Assembly: GCA_963716745.1 (NCBI GenBank)
Contig: OY970320.1
Span: 2,080,001 to 2,144,000 of the forward strand
Reading direction: 5' to 3'
DNA length: 64,000 nt
DNA from: an uncultured Gemmatimonadaceae bacterium
GTDB lineage: Bacteria > Gemmatimonadota > Gemmatimonadetes > Gemmatimonadales > Gemmatimonadaceae
Made by a program: the position numbers and the translations under genes
The notes under the pieces: generated by a model
Databases searched by the model: none
What the model saw: the letters and a program-made list of their open reading frames with translations, nothing else
What the model was told of the DNA's origin: nothing
In this document: positions 1 to 10,371 of the stretch, one piece after another
Numbering within the stretch: the first letter of the stretch is position 1
Layout: each line of letters starts with the position of its first letter

Positions 1-1350
1 GCCGGGGAATCTCTACAGCACGCCGCACTGGATGCACGTCGATCCGTCGAGCGTGGAACCGTTGCACATCGTGCTCGATAAGAAGATCGGACCGTTGCCC
101 GTCGTGAAGGACACGAAGTACGTGAAGCACGTGCGATTCCTGAGCGAGAAGCTCACGAAGTTCTGGGGAACGCCCACGTATCTCGGTGCGATCGTCGTAT
201 TGCCGGAGGGGTGGGATACGCACCCCAGCGCGCACTATCCGCTGGCGCTCTCGCACGGGCATTTCGAGGATGACGACGGCGCGATCCGCGAGACGCCGCC
301 GGATACGACGCTGCCGATGTACAACTTGGATAGCATCGTCATCGCATTGCCCCAACGGCCACGAGGGCGCGTGGTGCACGAAGTTCGGCTACGAGCGCTT
401 TCAGCAGGTGATGGCGTACAAGTTCTTCCAGCAGTGGACGTCGAAGACCGCGAAGTTCCCGCGCGTGCTCAAGGTGAGCATCCAGCACGCGAACCAGTAC
501 TACGACGATTCGTACGCGGTGAATTCGGAGAACCTTGGGCCGTACGGCGACGCGATCAACTACGAACTGCTGCCGTTCATCGAGAAGACGTATCGTGGAC
601 TGGGTCCGTGGGCGCGCGCGACGTATGGCGGCTCGACCGGCGGATGGGAAGCACTGAGCGCGCAGGTGATGTATCCCGATCTCTACAACGGGACGTACGC
701 GAACTGTCCCGACCCGATCGATTTCCACGCGTACACGACGATCGATATTTACGACGATCCGAACGCGTTCTTCGCGATCGGGCCGTGGCGGACCACGCCG
801 CGGCCGGCGGAACGGGATTTCCTGGGGCGCACGCGCGCGACGGTGGAGCAGGTGAACACGCGCGAACTCGTGCTCGGTACGCACTCACGATCGGGCGGGC
901 AGTGGGACATCTGGGAGGCCGTGTTCTCGCCGGTGGGAACCGATGGCTACCCTCAGCGCATCTATGACAAGCGCACGGGCGCGATCGATCCCAAAGTGGC
1001 CGCCTACTGGAAGGAGCACTACGATCTCGTGAACATCATGCGGCGCGACTGGAAGACGCTCGGCCCGAAGCTCAAGGGGAAGATCAACATCAATGTCGGG
1101 ACTGTCCGACAATTTCTTCCTGAACGACGCGGTGTATTACGCGCAGGATCTGCTCGCGAACGTGAAAGACCCGGCGTCGGGCGCGAAGTTCGATTATGGA
1201 TCGCGGGATGAACATTGCTGGAGCGGGGATCACTCGGTGTCGAACGCGGTGTCACGGTTGACCTACGATTCGCGGTTCATTCCGATGATGGCGAAGCACT
1301 GGACGGCGACGGCGCCTGCCGGAGCAGATGTTACCAGCTGGAGGTACTGA
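1..1350 (+). CDS. Putative esterase (alpha/beta hydrolase, enterochelin-esterase-like C-terminal domain); 5' partial, frameshifted
   Basis: Joined from ORFs 32.., 186..1211 and 1093..1350; nucleophile elbow GGSTGG; motif SYAVNSENLGPYGDAI. Confidence 0.65.
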
Positions 1351-1364
1351 GAGCGGGCCGCTGA

Positions 1365-1400
1365 GTCGACAGTCAACAGCTCACAGTCTACAGTCAACAG
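1365..1400. repeat. ACAGTCA-type heptamer tandem (half element)
   Basis: GTCGACAGTCAACAGCTCACAG is the exact reverse complement of part of the right arm of the 40416-40596 palindrome. Confidence 0.7.
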
Positions 1401-1457
1401 TGATGGCATGACCACTTTGAACTGCAACGGCGTCCCCAGTGAGTGGTGCGTCGTGAA

Positions 1458-1487
1458 CGCTTCCCGCTTCCCGCTTCCCGAGTAGTT
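1458..1487. repeat. (CGCTTCC)n heptamer half element ending GTAGTT
   Basis: CGCTTCCCGCTTCCCGCTTCCCGAGTAGTT; reverse complement of the arm at 5490. Confidence 0.75.
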
Positions 1488-1488
1488 C

Positions 1489-2211
1489 ATGGCCGACGAT
1501 AGCGCGCCACAGCTCGAGACGTTCGCTTCGTTCGAGACGCTGTCGCTCGGCGCGGCGGAGCGCATCGCGCACGCGGCGCGCGCGGCGGTGTACAGCCGCA
1601 AGCGCTTCCGTCTCGTGCTGTCGGGCGGCGAACAGCTGCGGTCGCTCTACCGGCGGCTCGCGGAGGAGTATCACGACCGCATCCAGTGGCCGCAGGCGGC
1701 GGTGTTCTTCGCCGACGAGCGGTGCGTGCCGGCGCACAACGCCGAGAGCAATTACGCGATGGCGGCCGGTGCGCTGCTGTCGCACGTGCCGATCGCGAAG
1801 CGCAACGAGCATCGCCTCACGGGCGAACTCGACGCGGCCGACGCGGCGCGGACCTACGAGAAGGAGCTGCGCCGCGAGTTCCCGATCGCGGACGACGCGA
1901 CCTTCGATCTCCTGCTCCTGAACGTGGGTGAGGATGGGAGCATCGCGTCGCTCTTCCCGGGAAGTACGTCGCTCCAAGAACACGAGCGGTGGGTGCTGCC
2001 CGTTCGCGCGCCGGCGACGGAGAAGACCGCCGAACGGATCACGCTGACGCTGCCGATCCTGAACCGCGCGCGCGAAGTGATCCTGATCGCCGCGGGCGCC
2101 GCGCGCGCCGCGATCGCGCGGGCCGTCCTCGATCGCGACCCCGCCGCGCTCGAGCTCCCCGCCGCGATGGTGCGGGGGCTCGAGAAGACGGTGTGGCTGA
2201 CTACGCCATAG
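1489..2211 (+). CDS. pgl: 6-phosphogluconolactonase
   Basis: LSGG, FFADERCVP, SNY, ERITLTLPILN motifs. Confidence 0.9.
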   Translation: MADDSAPQLETFASFETLSLGAAERIAHAARAAVYSRKRFRLVLSGGEQLRSLYRRLAEEYHDRIQWPQAAVFFADERCVPAHNAESNYAMAAGALLSHVPIAKRNEHRLTGELDAADAARTYEKELRREFPIADDATFDLLLLNVGEDGSIASLFPGSTSLQEHERWVLPVRAPATEKTAERITLTLPILNRAREVILIAAGAARAAIARAVLDRDPAALELPAAMVRGLEKTVWLTTP

Positions 2212-5200
2212 TCACGGCGAGACCGCCGGCACCTTCAGCTCCACCATCATCGCGTTGAACGCCGCGAGATCCTTGTCTGTCAGGGTCTTCAGGATCGCCT
2301 GCTGCGCGCGCGTCTGCTTCACCAGATCGTCGAGGGACGTGGTCATCCCGACGGTGGGCGGGTCGTCGGAGCCCTGAATCATGGCATTGAGCGTGAGCAG
2401 CTGATTGTAGATCCGCACCGGGTACACGAGCGTGATCTCGTCCGCGTGCGAGTTCACTTCGGCGAGGTCGCCGCGCACGGCTTCGAGTTTCGCGCGCAGC
2501 GCCTTCGCGGCGTCGGCCACGCGCGTCGCGTACGGCTGCGACGCGGTCTGCGACGTGCGCTCGTCGAGCTGCCGCTGGATGCTCTGGATCGCCGTCACCG
2601 TGCTGCTCACCGAGTCGATCGCATCATGCACTTTCATCGAGAAGATGAACTGTCCGGCATATCCGGCGGGCGTCGTCTTGAGGCGCGGGTCGCCGATCAC
2701 GGTGAACGTACGCGTCATGCTGTCCTTGCCGGCGACGATCCGCACCGAGTAGCGGCCGGGCACCGCCGGCGGACCATCGACGAATCCTTCATCATCGACG
2801 ATGTCGTCGAGATGCTTCGCGCCGGGATACTTGAGGTCCCAGTTGAACCGGTTCGCGCCCGCGCGCGCGGGCACCACCGAATCACCCGGCTCATAGAAGA
2901 CGCTATCGTTCTGCTCGCGCTGCCGGTAGGAGAGTCGCGCGATCACGGCGCTATCCGTCACGCCGCTGTCGGTCTTGGGCTTGTCGCTCTTGAAGCTGCG
3001 GATGAGCGTGCCCGCGGAATCGAAGAGGCTGAGCGTGACCGTCCCCGTTGGCTGGGACTTCAGCCAGTAGTCGAGGATGAGCCCGGTGGGCGGGTTCGTC
3101 GCGACATTCTCGCCGCGCCCGCGGCCGCCCGCATATCGCTGCGCCGGCGGGGGCGCGAACACGAACAGATTCGATTTGCGCACGGAGTCGGCGATCTGCC
3201 GCAGCGGCGTGATGTCGTCCAGCGACCAGAACGAACGGCCGTGCGTGGCGACGAGCAAGTCGGCGCCGTGGATCGTGAGGTCGCGCATCGAGGTATTCGG
3301 CAAGTTGAGCTGCAGCGACTGCCAGTGCGCGCCGTCGTCGAAGGAGACGTACACGGCGCTCTCGGTGCCGGCGAAGAGCAGGCCGCGGCGCACCGGATCC
3401 TCGCGGATCGTGCGCGTGAAATCGTTGTCCGGGATGCCATTCGTGATCCGGGTCCATGTCTTGCCGTAGTCGGTGGTCTTGAGCAGGTACGGATGGAAAT
3501 CGTCCTGCTGATTGCGGATCACCGCGAGGTACGCGGCGCCCGCATCGAAGTGCGACGGCTCCACGATGTTCATCTTCGCGTACTTGCCGAGGTTCGGCGG
3601 CGTGACGTTCGTCCACGTCGCGCCGGCGTCCTTGGAGACGTTGAGCAGACCGTCGTCCGAGCCCGCCCAGAGCACGCCCGCCTTCACCGGCGATTCGGCG
3701 AAGGTGAACACCGTGGCATACCACTCGGTGCCCGTCATGTCGTACGTGATCGGGCCGCCCGACGGTCCCATGGTGGCGGGATCGTGCAGGGTGAGGTCGG
3801 GGCTGATCGCCTTCCACGTCTGCCCTTCGTCCGTCGTAAGGAACACTCTCTGCGCGCCGACGTAGAGCCGCTTGTTGTCGTGCGGCGAGTACACGATCGG
3901 GAACGTCCACGCGAAGCGGTACGGCACGTCCTTCACGGCGTAGCCATCCCAGTTGTTCACGCCGAGCGAGATGTCCTGCGTCTGTTTCGTGAGGTGGTCG
4001 TAGCGCGTGATGGTGCCCATGTAGCTCGAGCCGATCACGATGTTCGGTTCGCCCGCCTTCACCGCGATGTAGCCGCTCTCGCCGCCGCCCACCGGCCAGA
4101 AGTCGCGGATGCCGATCGCGCCGTTGTCGGACATGCTCGCGATCGAGACCGAAGAATTGTCCTGCTGCGAGCCATACACGCGGTACGGGAATTGATCGTC
4201 GGTGAGCACGTGATAGAACTGCGCGGTGGGCTGCGTGTAGACGCTCGACCACGTGGCGCCCTGATCCATGCTGATCTGCGCGCCGCCGTCGTTGCCGTTG
4301 ATCATGCGGTTGTGATCGTTCGGATCGATCCACATGATGTGCGTGTCGCCGTGCGGCACGCGCACGCGCTGGAACGTCTTGCCGCCGTCGATGGACCGCA
4401 TGACGCTGAGGTTCATGACGTACACGGTGTTCGCGTCGCTCGGATCGGCGGTGAGCAGGGAGTAGTACCACGCGCGCACGCGGAAGCCCTGGTCGCTGTT
4501 CACGCGCTTCCACGTGGCGCCCGCATCCTCGGACCGGAAGATCCCGCCCGAACTGTCCGGTGCTTCGACGCTGGCGTACACACGGTTCGGCTGCGCGGGC
4601 GACACGCTCACGCCGATGCGCCCGAGCGGCGTGGACGGAAGGCCCGGTCGTGAGGAGAGCTCTTTCCAGGTGTCGCCGCCGTCCATGGATTTCCAGAGGC
4701 CGCTCTTGCCGCCGCCGGCGTCGAGGCCCCACGGCGTGCGGCGCGCGCGCCACATCGAGGCGTACAGGATGCGCGGGTTCGACGGGTCCATGTTCAGATC
4801 GATCGCGCCGGTGTTCTCGTCGAGGTAGAGCACCTTCTGCCAGGTGCGGCCGCCGTCCGTCGTACGGAAGACGCCGCGCATCGCGTTCGGCCCGAAGGCG
4901 TGGCCCATCGCCGCCACGTACGCGACGTCCGGATTGCGCGGGTGCACGGCGATCACGCCAATGTGGCGCGTGTCATCGAGGCCGAGGTGTTGCCACGTCT
5001 CGCCGCGGTCGGTGGACCGCCACACTCCGTTCCCGTGCGTGAGGTCCTCACGCCAGTCGGTCTCGCCGGTGCCCACCCAGATCACATTCGGGTCGCTCGG
5101 TGCGATCGCGATCGCGCCGACGGAAGCGATCGTGGACTTCCCATCGGTGATATTGGTCCAGCTTTGGCCGGCGTTCGTCGTGCGCCAGACGCCGCCATCT

Positions 5201-5421
5201 ACGGCGCCGAAGTAGAATTCCTGTCGGCGGGTCGGGTGTCCCACGACGGCCACCGCTCGTCCTCCACGGAAGGGGCCGACGAGCCGCCAGGTGAGTCCGC
5301 GGAGCGCTGGATCGTAAGCGGGGCGTGCCGAATCGGCCTTGGATTGGGTGGCGGCCGGGACGGCGGCGGCGGCGAGGAACGCGAGCGCGGCGAAGGCGCG
5401 GCGCGTAGTGACAGCGGGCAT
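2212..5421 (-). CDS. Secreted VPS10/sortilin-like BNR (Asp-box) repeat glycosyl hydrolase-like protein
   Basis: Signal peptide; WRLVGPFRGGR start; many S/TxDGGxTW Asp-boxes; 1069 aa. Confidence 0.85.
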   Translation of the reverse strand: MPAVTTRRAFAALAFLAAAAVPAATQSKADSARPAYDPALRGLTWRLVGPFRGGRAVAVVGHPTRRQEFYFGAVDGGVWRTTNAGQSWTNITDGKSTIASVGAIAIAPSDPNVIWVGTGETDWREDLTHGNGVWRSTDRGETWQHLGLDDTRHIGVIAVHPRNPDVAYVAAMGHAFGPNAMRGVFRTTDGGRTWQKVLYLDENTGAIDLNMDPSNPRILYASMWRARRTPWGLDAGGGKSGLWKSMDGGDTWKELSSRPGLPSTPLGRIGVSVSPAQPNRVYASVEAPDSSGGIFRSEDAGATWKRVNSDQGFRVRAWYYSLLTADPSDANTVYVMNLSVMRSIDGGKTFQRVRVPHGDTHIMWIDPNDHNRMINGNDGGAQISMDQGATWSSVYTQPTAQFYHVLTDDQFPYRVYGSQQDNSSVSIASMSDNGAIGIRDFWPVGGGESGYIAVKAGEPNIVIGSSYMGTITRYDHLTKQTQDISLGVNNWDGYAVKDVPYRFAWTFPIVYSPHDNKRLYVGAQRVFLTTDEGQTWKAISPDLTLHDPATMGPSGGPITYDMTGTEWYATVFTFAESPVKAGVLWAGSDDGLLNVSKDAGATWTNVTPPNLGKYAKMNIVEPSHFDAGAAYLAVIRNQQDDFHPYLLKTTDYGKTWTRITNGIPDNDFTRTIREDPVRRGLLFAGTESAVYVSFDDGAHWQSLQLNLPNTSMRDLTIHGADLLVATHGRSFWSLDDITPLRQIADSVRKSNLFVFAPPPAQRYAGGRGRGENVATNPPTGLILDYWLKSQPTGTVTLSLFDSAGTLIRSFKSDKPKTDSGVTDSAVIARLSYRQREQNDSVFYEPGDSVVPARAGANRFNWDLKYPGAKHLDDIVDDEGFVDGPPAVPGRYSVRIVAGKDSMTRTFTVIGDPRLKTTPAGYAGQFIFSMKVHDAIDSVSSTVTAIQSIQRQLDERTSQTASQPYATRVADAAKALRAKLEAVRGDLAEVNSHADEITLVYPVRIYNQLLTLNAMIQGSDDPPTVGMTTSLDDLVKQTRAQQAILKTLTDKDLAAFNAMMVELKVPAVSP

Positions 5422-5489
5422 GGTGGGACTCCGTGGCGCGGGTGATGTCGGCGCGAATCTTACGACGGGTGCGGCGAGGGCGCTATCCT

Positions 5490-5531
5490 AACTACTCGGG
5501 AAGCGGGAAGCGGGAATCGGGAATCGGGAAT
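5490..5531. repeat. AACTAC-(CGGGAAG/T)n heptamer half element
   Basis: AACTACTCGGGAAGCGGGAAGCGGGAATCGGGAATCGGGAAT. Confidence 0.75.
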
Positions 5532-5533
5532 GA

Positions 5534-6856
5534 ATGGTGAATAGGAAACTCGTAGTCATCGCGGGGCTCATTTTTCTCGCGGCCTTCATGGCCGGCTCTT
5601 TCGCGCAGCCGAGTACGCGCGCGCGTGTGCGGGCGTTGGAGGCGCGCATGCACGCCATGCGCGGGCCGAAGTTCCCGGACGGGGACACGCTCGCGATCGC
5701 CGACACGCTCTTCGCGCGCTGCGGCACGATCGAGAAGACGAAGAAGGAGCAGTGCTACGGCCCACAGGTCCTGGCGCTGCGAGAGCAGCGCGGCACGCGT
5801 TTCGCGATGGGATCGCTGCACCGCCTCATCGCGCTGGATCGCGACGTGGCATTCACCGGCCACGACTACGCGCACATGATCGGGATCAAGACCTTCCAGG
5901 CGTCCGGTGATTTCTCTTCGTCGTTCAAGAGCTGCACCGAGATCCTGCAGTCCGGCTGCTACCACGGCGTGATCCAGACGTACCTCATGAGCTTCCCGAA
6001 CGTGGGCGCGCCCGAGGTGACGGCCGCGTGCCGCGAATACACCGCGGCGACCGCCGACCGCTGGCTGCGTTTCCAGTGCGTGCACGGGATGGGCCACGGC
6101 CTCACGATGTTCTACGACCACGACCTGCCGCGCGCGCTGAAAGGCTGCGACCTGCTGGCCGAGGAGTGGGACCAGAAATCCTGCTATGGCGGCGCGTTCA
6201 TGGAGAACATCGTGTTCGCGACCGACCCGAGCATGGCGAACATGGTGATGCACAAGGACGATGATGGCATGCACATGAACATGCCGATGGATGCGCACGG
6301 AGCGCCGCCGGCGAAGTTCAAGATGATCGACCGCGCCGATCCCAATTTCCCGTGCTCGGCGTTGGGCGAGCGCTATCAGAACGATTGTTGGCAGATGCAG
6401 CCGGCGGTGATGCTCTACCTGTTCGAGGGCGACTGGCAGAAGACGTTCGACGCGTGCGACAAGGCGCCGGAAGCGTGGCGCCCGGAATGTTACCAAGGGC
6501 TCGGAACGAGCATCAGCGGCGGCACGATCCAGGATCACGGCGATGCGATCCGCCTGTGCTCACGCGGCAGCGCGCGCTACCAGCCGTGGTGCTATGAAGG
6601 CGTCGTCAAGAATTTCATCGACGTGACCGCGAAATCGGAGGATGGGATCTCCTTCTGCAAGGTCGTGCCCGGCCGCGCGAACCGGCTCAAGTGCTACGCG
6701 AGCGTGGGCGAGGAGATCGCGGTGCTGCGGAATTCGCTCGATGACCGCAAACCGATGTGCGACGTCATCACCGGCGATGCCGACGGCCGCGACGCGTGCC
6801 TGTTCGGCGCACAACTCACAACGGAACCGCCGCGCGGGCTGCCGGTTGCCCGCTAG
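5534..6856 (+). CDS. Exported Cys-rich repeat protein with His/Met-rich segment, function unknown
   Basis: N-terminal hydrophobic helix; repeated CYHG/CVHGMGHG/CYGG motifs; MVMHKDDDGMHMNMPM. Confidence 0.7.
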   Translation: MVNRKLVVIAGLIFLAAFMAGSFAQPSTRARVRALEARMHAMRGPKFPDGDTLAIADTLFARCGTIEKTKKEQCYGPQVLALREQRGTRFAMGSLHRLIALDRDVAFTGHDYAHMIGIKTFQASGDFSSSFKSCTEILQSGCYHGVIQTYLMSFPNVGAPEVTAACREYTAATADRWLRFQCVHGMGHGLTMFYDHDLPRALKGCDLLAEEWDQKSCYGGAFMENIVFATDPSMANMVMHKDDDGMHMNMPMDAHGAPPAKFKMIDRADPNFPCSALGERYQNDCWQMQPAVMLYLFEGDWQKTFDACDKAPEAWRPECYQGLGTSISGGTIQDHGDAIRLCSRGSARYQPWCYEGVVKNFIDVTAKSEDGISFCKVVPGRANRLKCYASVGEEIAVLRNSLDDRKPMCDVITGDADGRDACLFGAQLTTEPPRGLPVAR

Positions 6857-6877
6857 TTCGGCGGCCCTGCGCGCGGC

Positions 6878-8188
6878 ATGAAGCTCCAGCGCACGCTCGG
6901 CACGCTCGCGCTCGTCTTCGTCCTCTTCTTCTGCACGTCGGGCGGCGCGTTCACCACGGAAACGCTCGTCGCGAGCGTCGGACCGGGGCTCGCGCTGCTC
7001 GTGCTCGTCGCGGTGCCGCTGTTCTGGTCGCTGCCCGAAGTGCTCATCATCGGCGAGCTGGCGAGCATGCTGCCGGAAGAGGGCGGCTACTACAAATGGG
7101 TGCGCCGCGCATTCGGTCCGTTCTGGGCGTTCCAGAACGGCTGGCTCACGTGGATGTATTCGCTCGTGGACATGGCGCTGTACCCGGTGCTCTTCAATCA
7201 GTACCTCGCGTATTTCGTGCCAGGACTCGGCGTCGAGGCGCGCTGGGCGGTGTCACTGGCGGTGATCTGGCTGCCCACCGCGATGAACCTCGCGGGCGCG
7301 CGGTTCGTGGGGCGCGTGTCCATCGTGGCGGGATCGTTCATCGTGCTCGGCTTCTTCGTGCTCGCCGCCGCCGCGGTGCCGCATATCTCGCACGTGCCGT
7401 GGGCGCCGTTCGCGAAGGGCGAACATGGGACGATGGGTGCGATCGGTGTCGGATTATCGCTCGCACTCTGGAATTACACCGGCTGGGACAATGCGAGCAC
7501 GGTGCAAGGCGAAGTGGTGGACGCGACGCGCAGCTATCCGCGCGCGCTGATGTTCGGGCTGCCGCTAGTGATGCTCGGGTATCTCATCCCGCTCACCGCG
7601 ACGCTCGGCGCGAGCGACTGGACGACGTGGACCGAGGGCGGCTGGCCCGAGATCGCGCGCGCGTCGGCAGGTGCGCTCGGGCCGATGCTCGCGACGTGGA
7701 TCGCGCTTGCGGGATTGGTGAGCGCGCTCGCGCTGTTCAATGCGCTGCTATTGGCGTATTCACGCGTGCCGCTCGCCATGGCGGATGACGGACTATTGCC
7801 GCGATTCCTCGCACGCACCGACGCACGCGGGACTCCGCGGAACGCCGTGCTCGCGAGCGCCGTGTGCTATTCGGTGTTCGCGCTCGCATCGCTCCAGGGA
7901 CTCGTCGTCGCGGATGTGCTGCTCTACGCGCTGGCGCTCTTCCTGGAATTCGGCGCGCTGATCCGCCTGCGCATCCGCGAGCCGGAACTTCGAGGCGCAT
8001 TCCGAATCCGCACCGGCACGGCGGGGGTGACGGTGCTGGCGGTGATCCCGATGGTGATGCTGATCGTCGTCGTCGCGCTGGAGATGCAAGACGGGGAATT
8101 CGGATTCCCGGCGGTGATCGGCGCGCTCGCGGCGGCGGCGTTGGGGCCGATCATGTACAGGATCGTGAAGCGCTATGTGCGCGTGTAG
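6878..8188 (+). CDS. APC family amino acid/polyamine permease
   Basis: About 12 TM helices; ELASMLPEEGGYYKWV; WNYTGWD. Confidence 0.9.
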   Translation: MKLQRTLGTLALVFVLFFCTSGGAFTTETLVASVGPGLALLVLVAVPLFWSLPEVLIIGELASMLPEEGGYYKWVRRAFGPFWAFQNGWLTWMYSLVDMALYPVLFNQYLAYFVPGLGVEARWAVSLAVIWLPTAMNLAGARFVGRVSIVAGSFIVLGFFVLAAAAVPHISHVPWAPFAKGEHGTMGAIGVGLSLALWNYTGWDNASTVQGEVVDATRSYPRALMFGLPLVMLGYLIPLTATLGASDWTTWTEGGWPEIARASAGALGPMLATWIALAGLVSALALFNALLLAYSRVPLAMADDGLLPRFLARTDARGTPRNAVLASAVCYSVFALASLQGLVVADVLLYALALFLEFGALIRLRIREPELRGAFRIRTGTAGVTVLAVIPMVMLIVVVALEMQDGEFGFPAVIGALAAAALGPIMYRIVKRYVRV

Positions 8189-8326
8189 GCCTTAGTACCG
8201 CTGGAACGGCGCGTATAGCAACTGAGCGTATGGTACCACAGGGCGTGAGTTGGAGCCCCACTCGCGCCGAGCAGTACCATACGCTCAGTTGCTATACGCG
8301 CTGTTTCAGTGGTACCAAGGCCTACA
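8179..8326. repeat. ~150-bp palindromic element, copy 1 (GTAGGCC-ended, REPIN-like)
   Basis: 53-bp inverted arms with 4 mismatches; homologous to 18160 and 38820. Confidence 0.85.
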
Positions 8327-8337
8327 AACGCCTCTGA

Positions 8338-9712
8338 TCAGTAGGCAGCCCCGAAGGCCACTACCGCGATCACCGCGGAGCACATCGCCATCTGTCGCGG
8401 ATCGAGCTTGTCCGGAGTATCCGCGTACGTGTGATGGTACCAGAAGTATTTCGAGTCGTCGGTGTCGAGCGAGAGGGCGGGAACGCCGAGTGCGTTGAGC
8501 GGACCTTCGTCGGCCTCCGACTCGCCTTTGCGCACCGTGGTCACGCCAATGCGCTCGAGTGGCGAGATCACGGTCTTGATCGCCGCGATCACCGTGTCGG
8601 AGCCCGACACGAATACGCCGTGCGGCGTGAACGCGCCGTTGTCGCTCTCCATCGCGAGCACGATATCCTTCACTTCAGCCTTGTGCGCGTCGGCATAGGC
8701 GCGGCCGCCGGCAAGTCCGCTCTCTTCATTCGTCCAGAGCACGACGCGCACCGTGCGGCGCGGGTGCAAGCCGAGCTTCTTGATGAGCTTCACGGCCTGC
8801 CACGCCACGACGCTGCCGGCGCCGTCATCCATCGCGCCCTGGCCCACATCCCACGAATCGATGTGCCCGCCCACGACGATCACCTCGTTCGGCCGCTCGG
8901 AGCCGCGCACTTCGCCTACGACGTTCCGCGATGGTGCGAGGGGCAAATTCCGCGCGCCCATCGTGAGCGTGACCAGCAGTTTCTCGCCGCGCTTCTGCAT
9001 GCGGTGCAGCATCATCGCGTCTTCCACCGTGATCGCGGCGGCGGGGATGCGTTTGGTGCTGTCGCCGTAGTGCAGCGCGCCGGTGTGCGGCGTGCGGAGC
9101 GACATTGGCGTCACCGAGCGCACGAGCACCGCGACCGCGCCGAACTGCATGGCGGAATCCGGGCCCGATCCGCGGTATTGCACGGCGGCGCCGTACGCCT
9201 CGAACGCGGGCTCGCCGGTGGGGAATGGGAAATCGAAGAGCACGATCTTGCCGGCCACATCGTGCGCGTGCGCGCGCAGGTCCTCGAAATCGTTCACCAC
9301 GATCACCGGCGCGGTGATGCCGCCGGCCGGCGTGCCGATGCTGCGCCCCAGTCCCAGCATGTGCAGCGTATCGCGACGCGGCGAGATCAGCACCGCGCTC
9401 TCGGCGCCGCGGTCCCACACCGGCACCATCACGGCTTCCGTGTGCACGTTCTCGAGACCGTCGGCCTTCATCTGTTCCACCATCCAGTCGATGGCGTGTT
9501 CCAGGCGCGCCGAACCGCTCGGCCGATTGCCGAATGTGTCGGCGAGCAATGCGAGCCGTTCCCACGCCGAACTGTCGGCGAGAGCGGCATCGATGAGTTT
9601 GTTCTGCGACGCGCGCGCCGCGGCGTCGGGGACGGGGATGCGCTGCGCGCTGAGCGGACGCGGCGGCGAGCAATGCGGCGAGCGCGATGGCGCATGGTGC
9701 GAATGTCTTCAT
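8338..9712 (-). CDS. M28 family peptidase (carboxypeptidase Q-like) with PA domain; 5' frameshift
   Basis: GGHIDSWDVGQGAMDDG, WTNEE, YHHTYADT; signal peptide MKTFAP... in adjacent frame. Confidence 0.85.
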
Positions 9713-9723
9713 GGCGGCGGAAG

Positions 9724-10371
9724 CTATCCGGCGGTCGCCACGCCGGCCAGCCACTCGCGTGCCGCGTCGATGTCCCCGCGCGTGAGCGTGTGGCCGGCGT
9801 GATCCCATCGCAGTGTGACATTGGCGCCCGCCTCGCGCAGCGCGGTCGCGAGCTTGTCCGTCTCTTCGGGCGGCACGAGCTGATCGCTCAGCCCTGCCGC
9901 GAGGAACACGGGAGTTCCCGGGAGCGCCGACGCACGATGCCCGATGCCCGATGTCCGCGTGACGATCTGCGCGCGGAACATCGCCGCGCCGGCGAATACC
10001 GGGCCCTCGAGCAACAACATCGCGCCGATCATGTTCGCGCCGTTCGAGAATCCGGCGGCGATCACGGACTTCGCGTCGAACCCGTAGTGCGTCGCGGCCG
10101 CCTGCAGGAACGCCGAGACCTCGCGTGCGCGGCGTTCGACGTCGTCGTGATCGAACACGCCTTCAGCCAGCCGGCGGAAGAATCGTGCGGCACCCCCTTC
10201 GCTCACGTTGCCGCGTGGACTCAGCAGTGCGGCGCCGGGCGCCAGCAGGCGGCCCAGCGGGATCAGATCATTCTCGTCGGCGCCCGTGCCGTGGAGCAGG
10301 AGCAATGTCGGCGCGCCCGTCGCGGCCGCCGGCTCATAACGATGGATGTAGCCGAGATCCGCCGTGCTCAC
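9724..10371 (-). CDS. Phospholipase/carboxylesterase (MhqD-like alpha/beta hydrolase)
   Basis: LLHGTG, GFSNGA; GTG start overlaps upstream TGA. Confidence 0.85.
   Translation of the reverse strand: MSTADLGYIHRYEPAAATGAPTLLLLHGTGADENDLIPLGRLLAPGAALLSPRGNVSEGGAARFFRRLAEGVFDHDDVERRAREVSAFLQAAATHYGFDAKSVIAAGFSNGANMIGAMLLLEGPVFAGAAMFRAQIVTRTSGIGHRASALPGTPVFLAAGLSDQLVPPEETDKLATALREAGANVTLRWDHAGHTLTRGDIDAAREWLAGVATAG

Noticed and set aside
2446..4653. Long antisense ORFs (also 8431-10536, 29965-31977)
   Set aside because: Shadow ORFs of high-GC coding strands, Arg-rich with no motifs.
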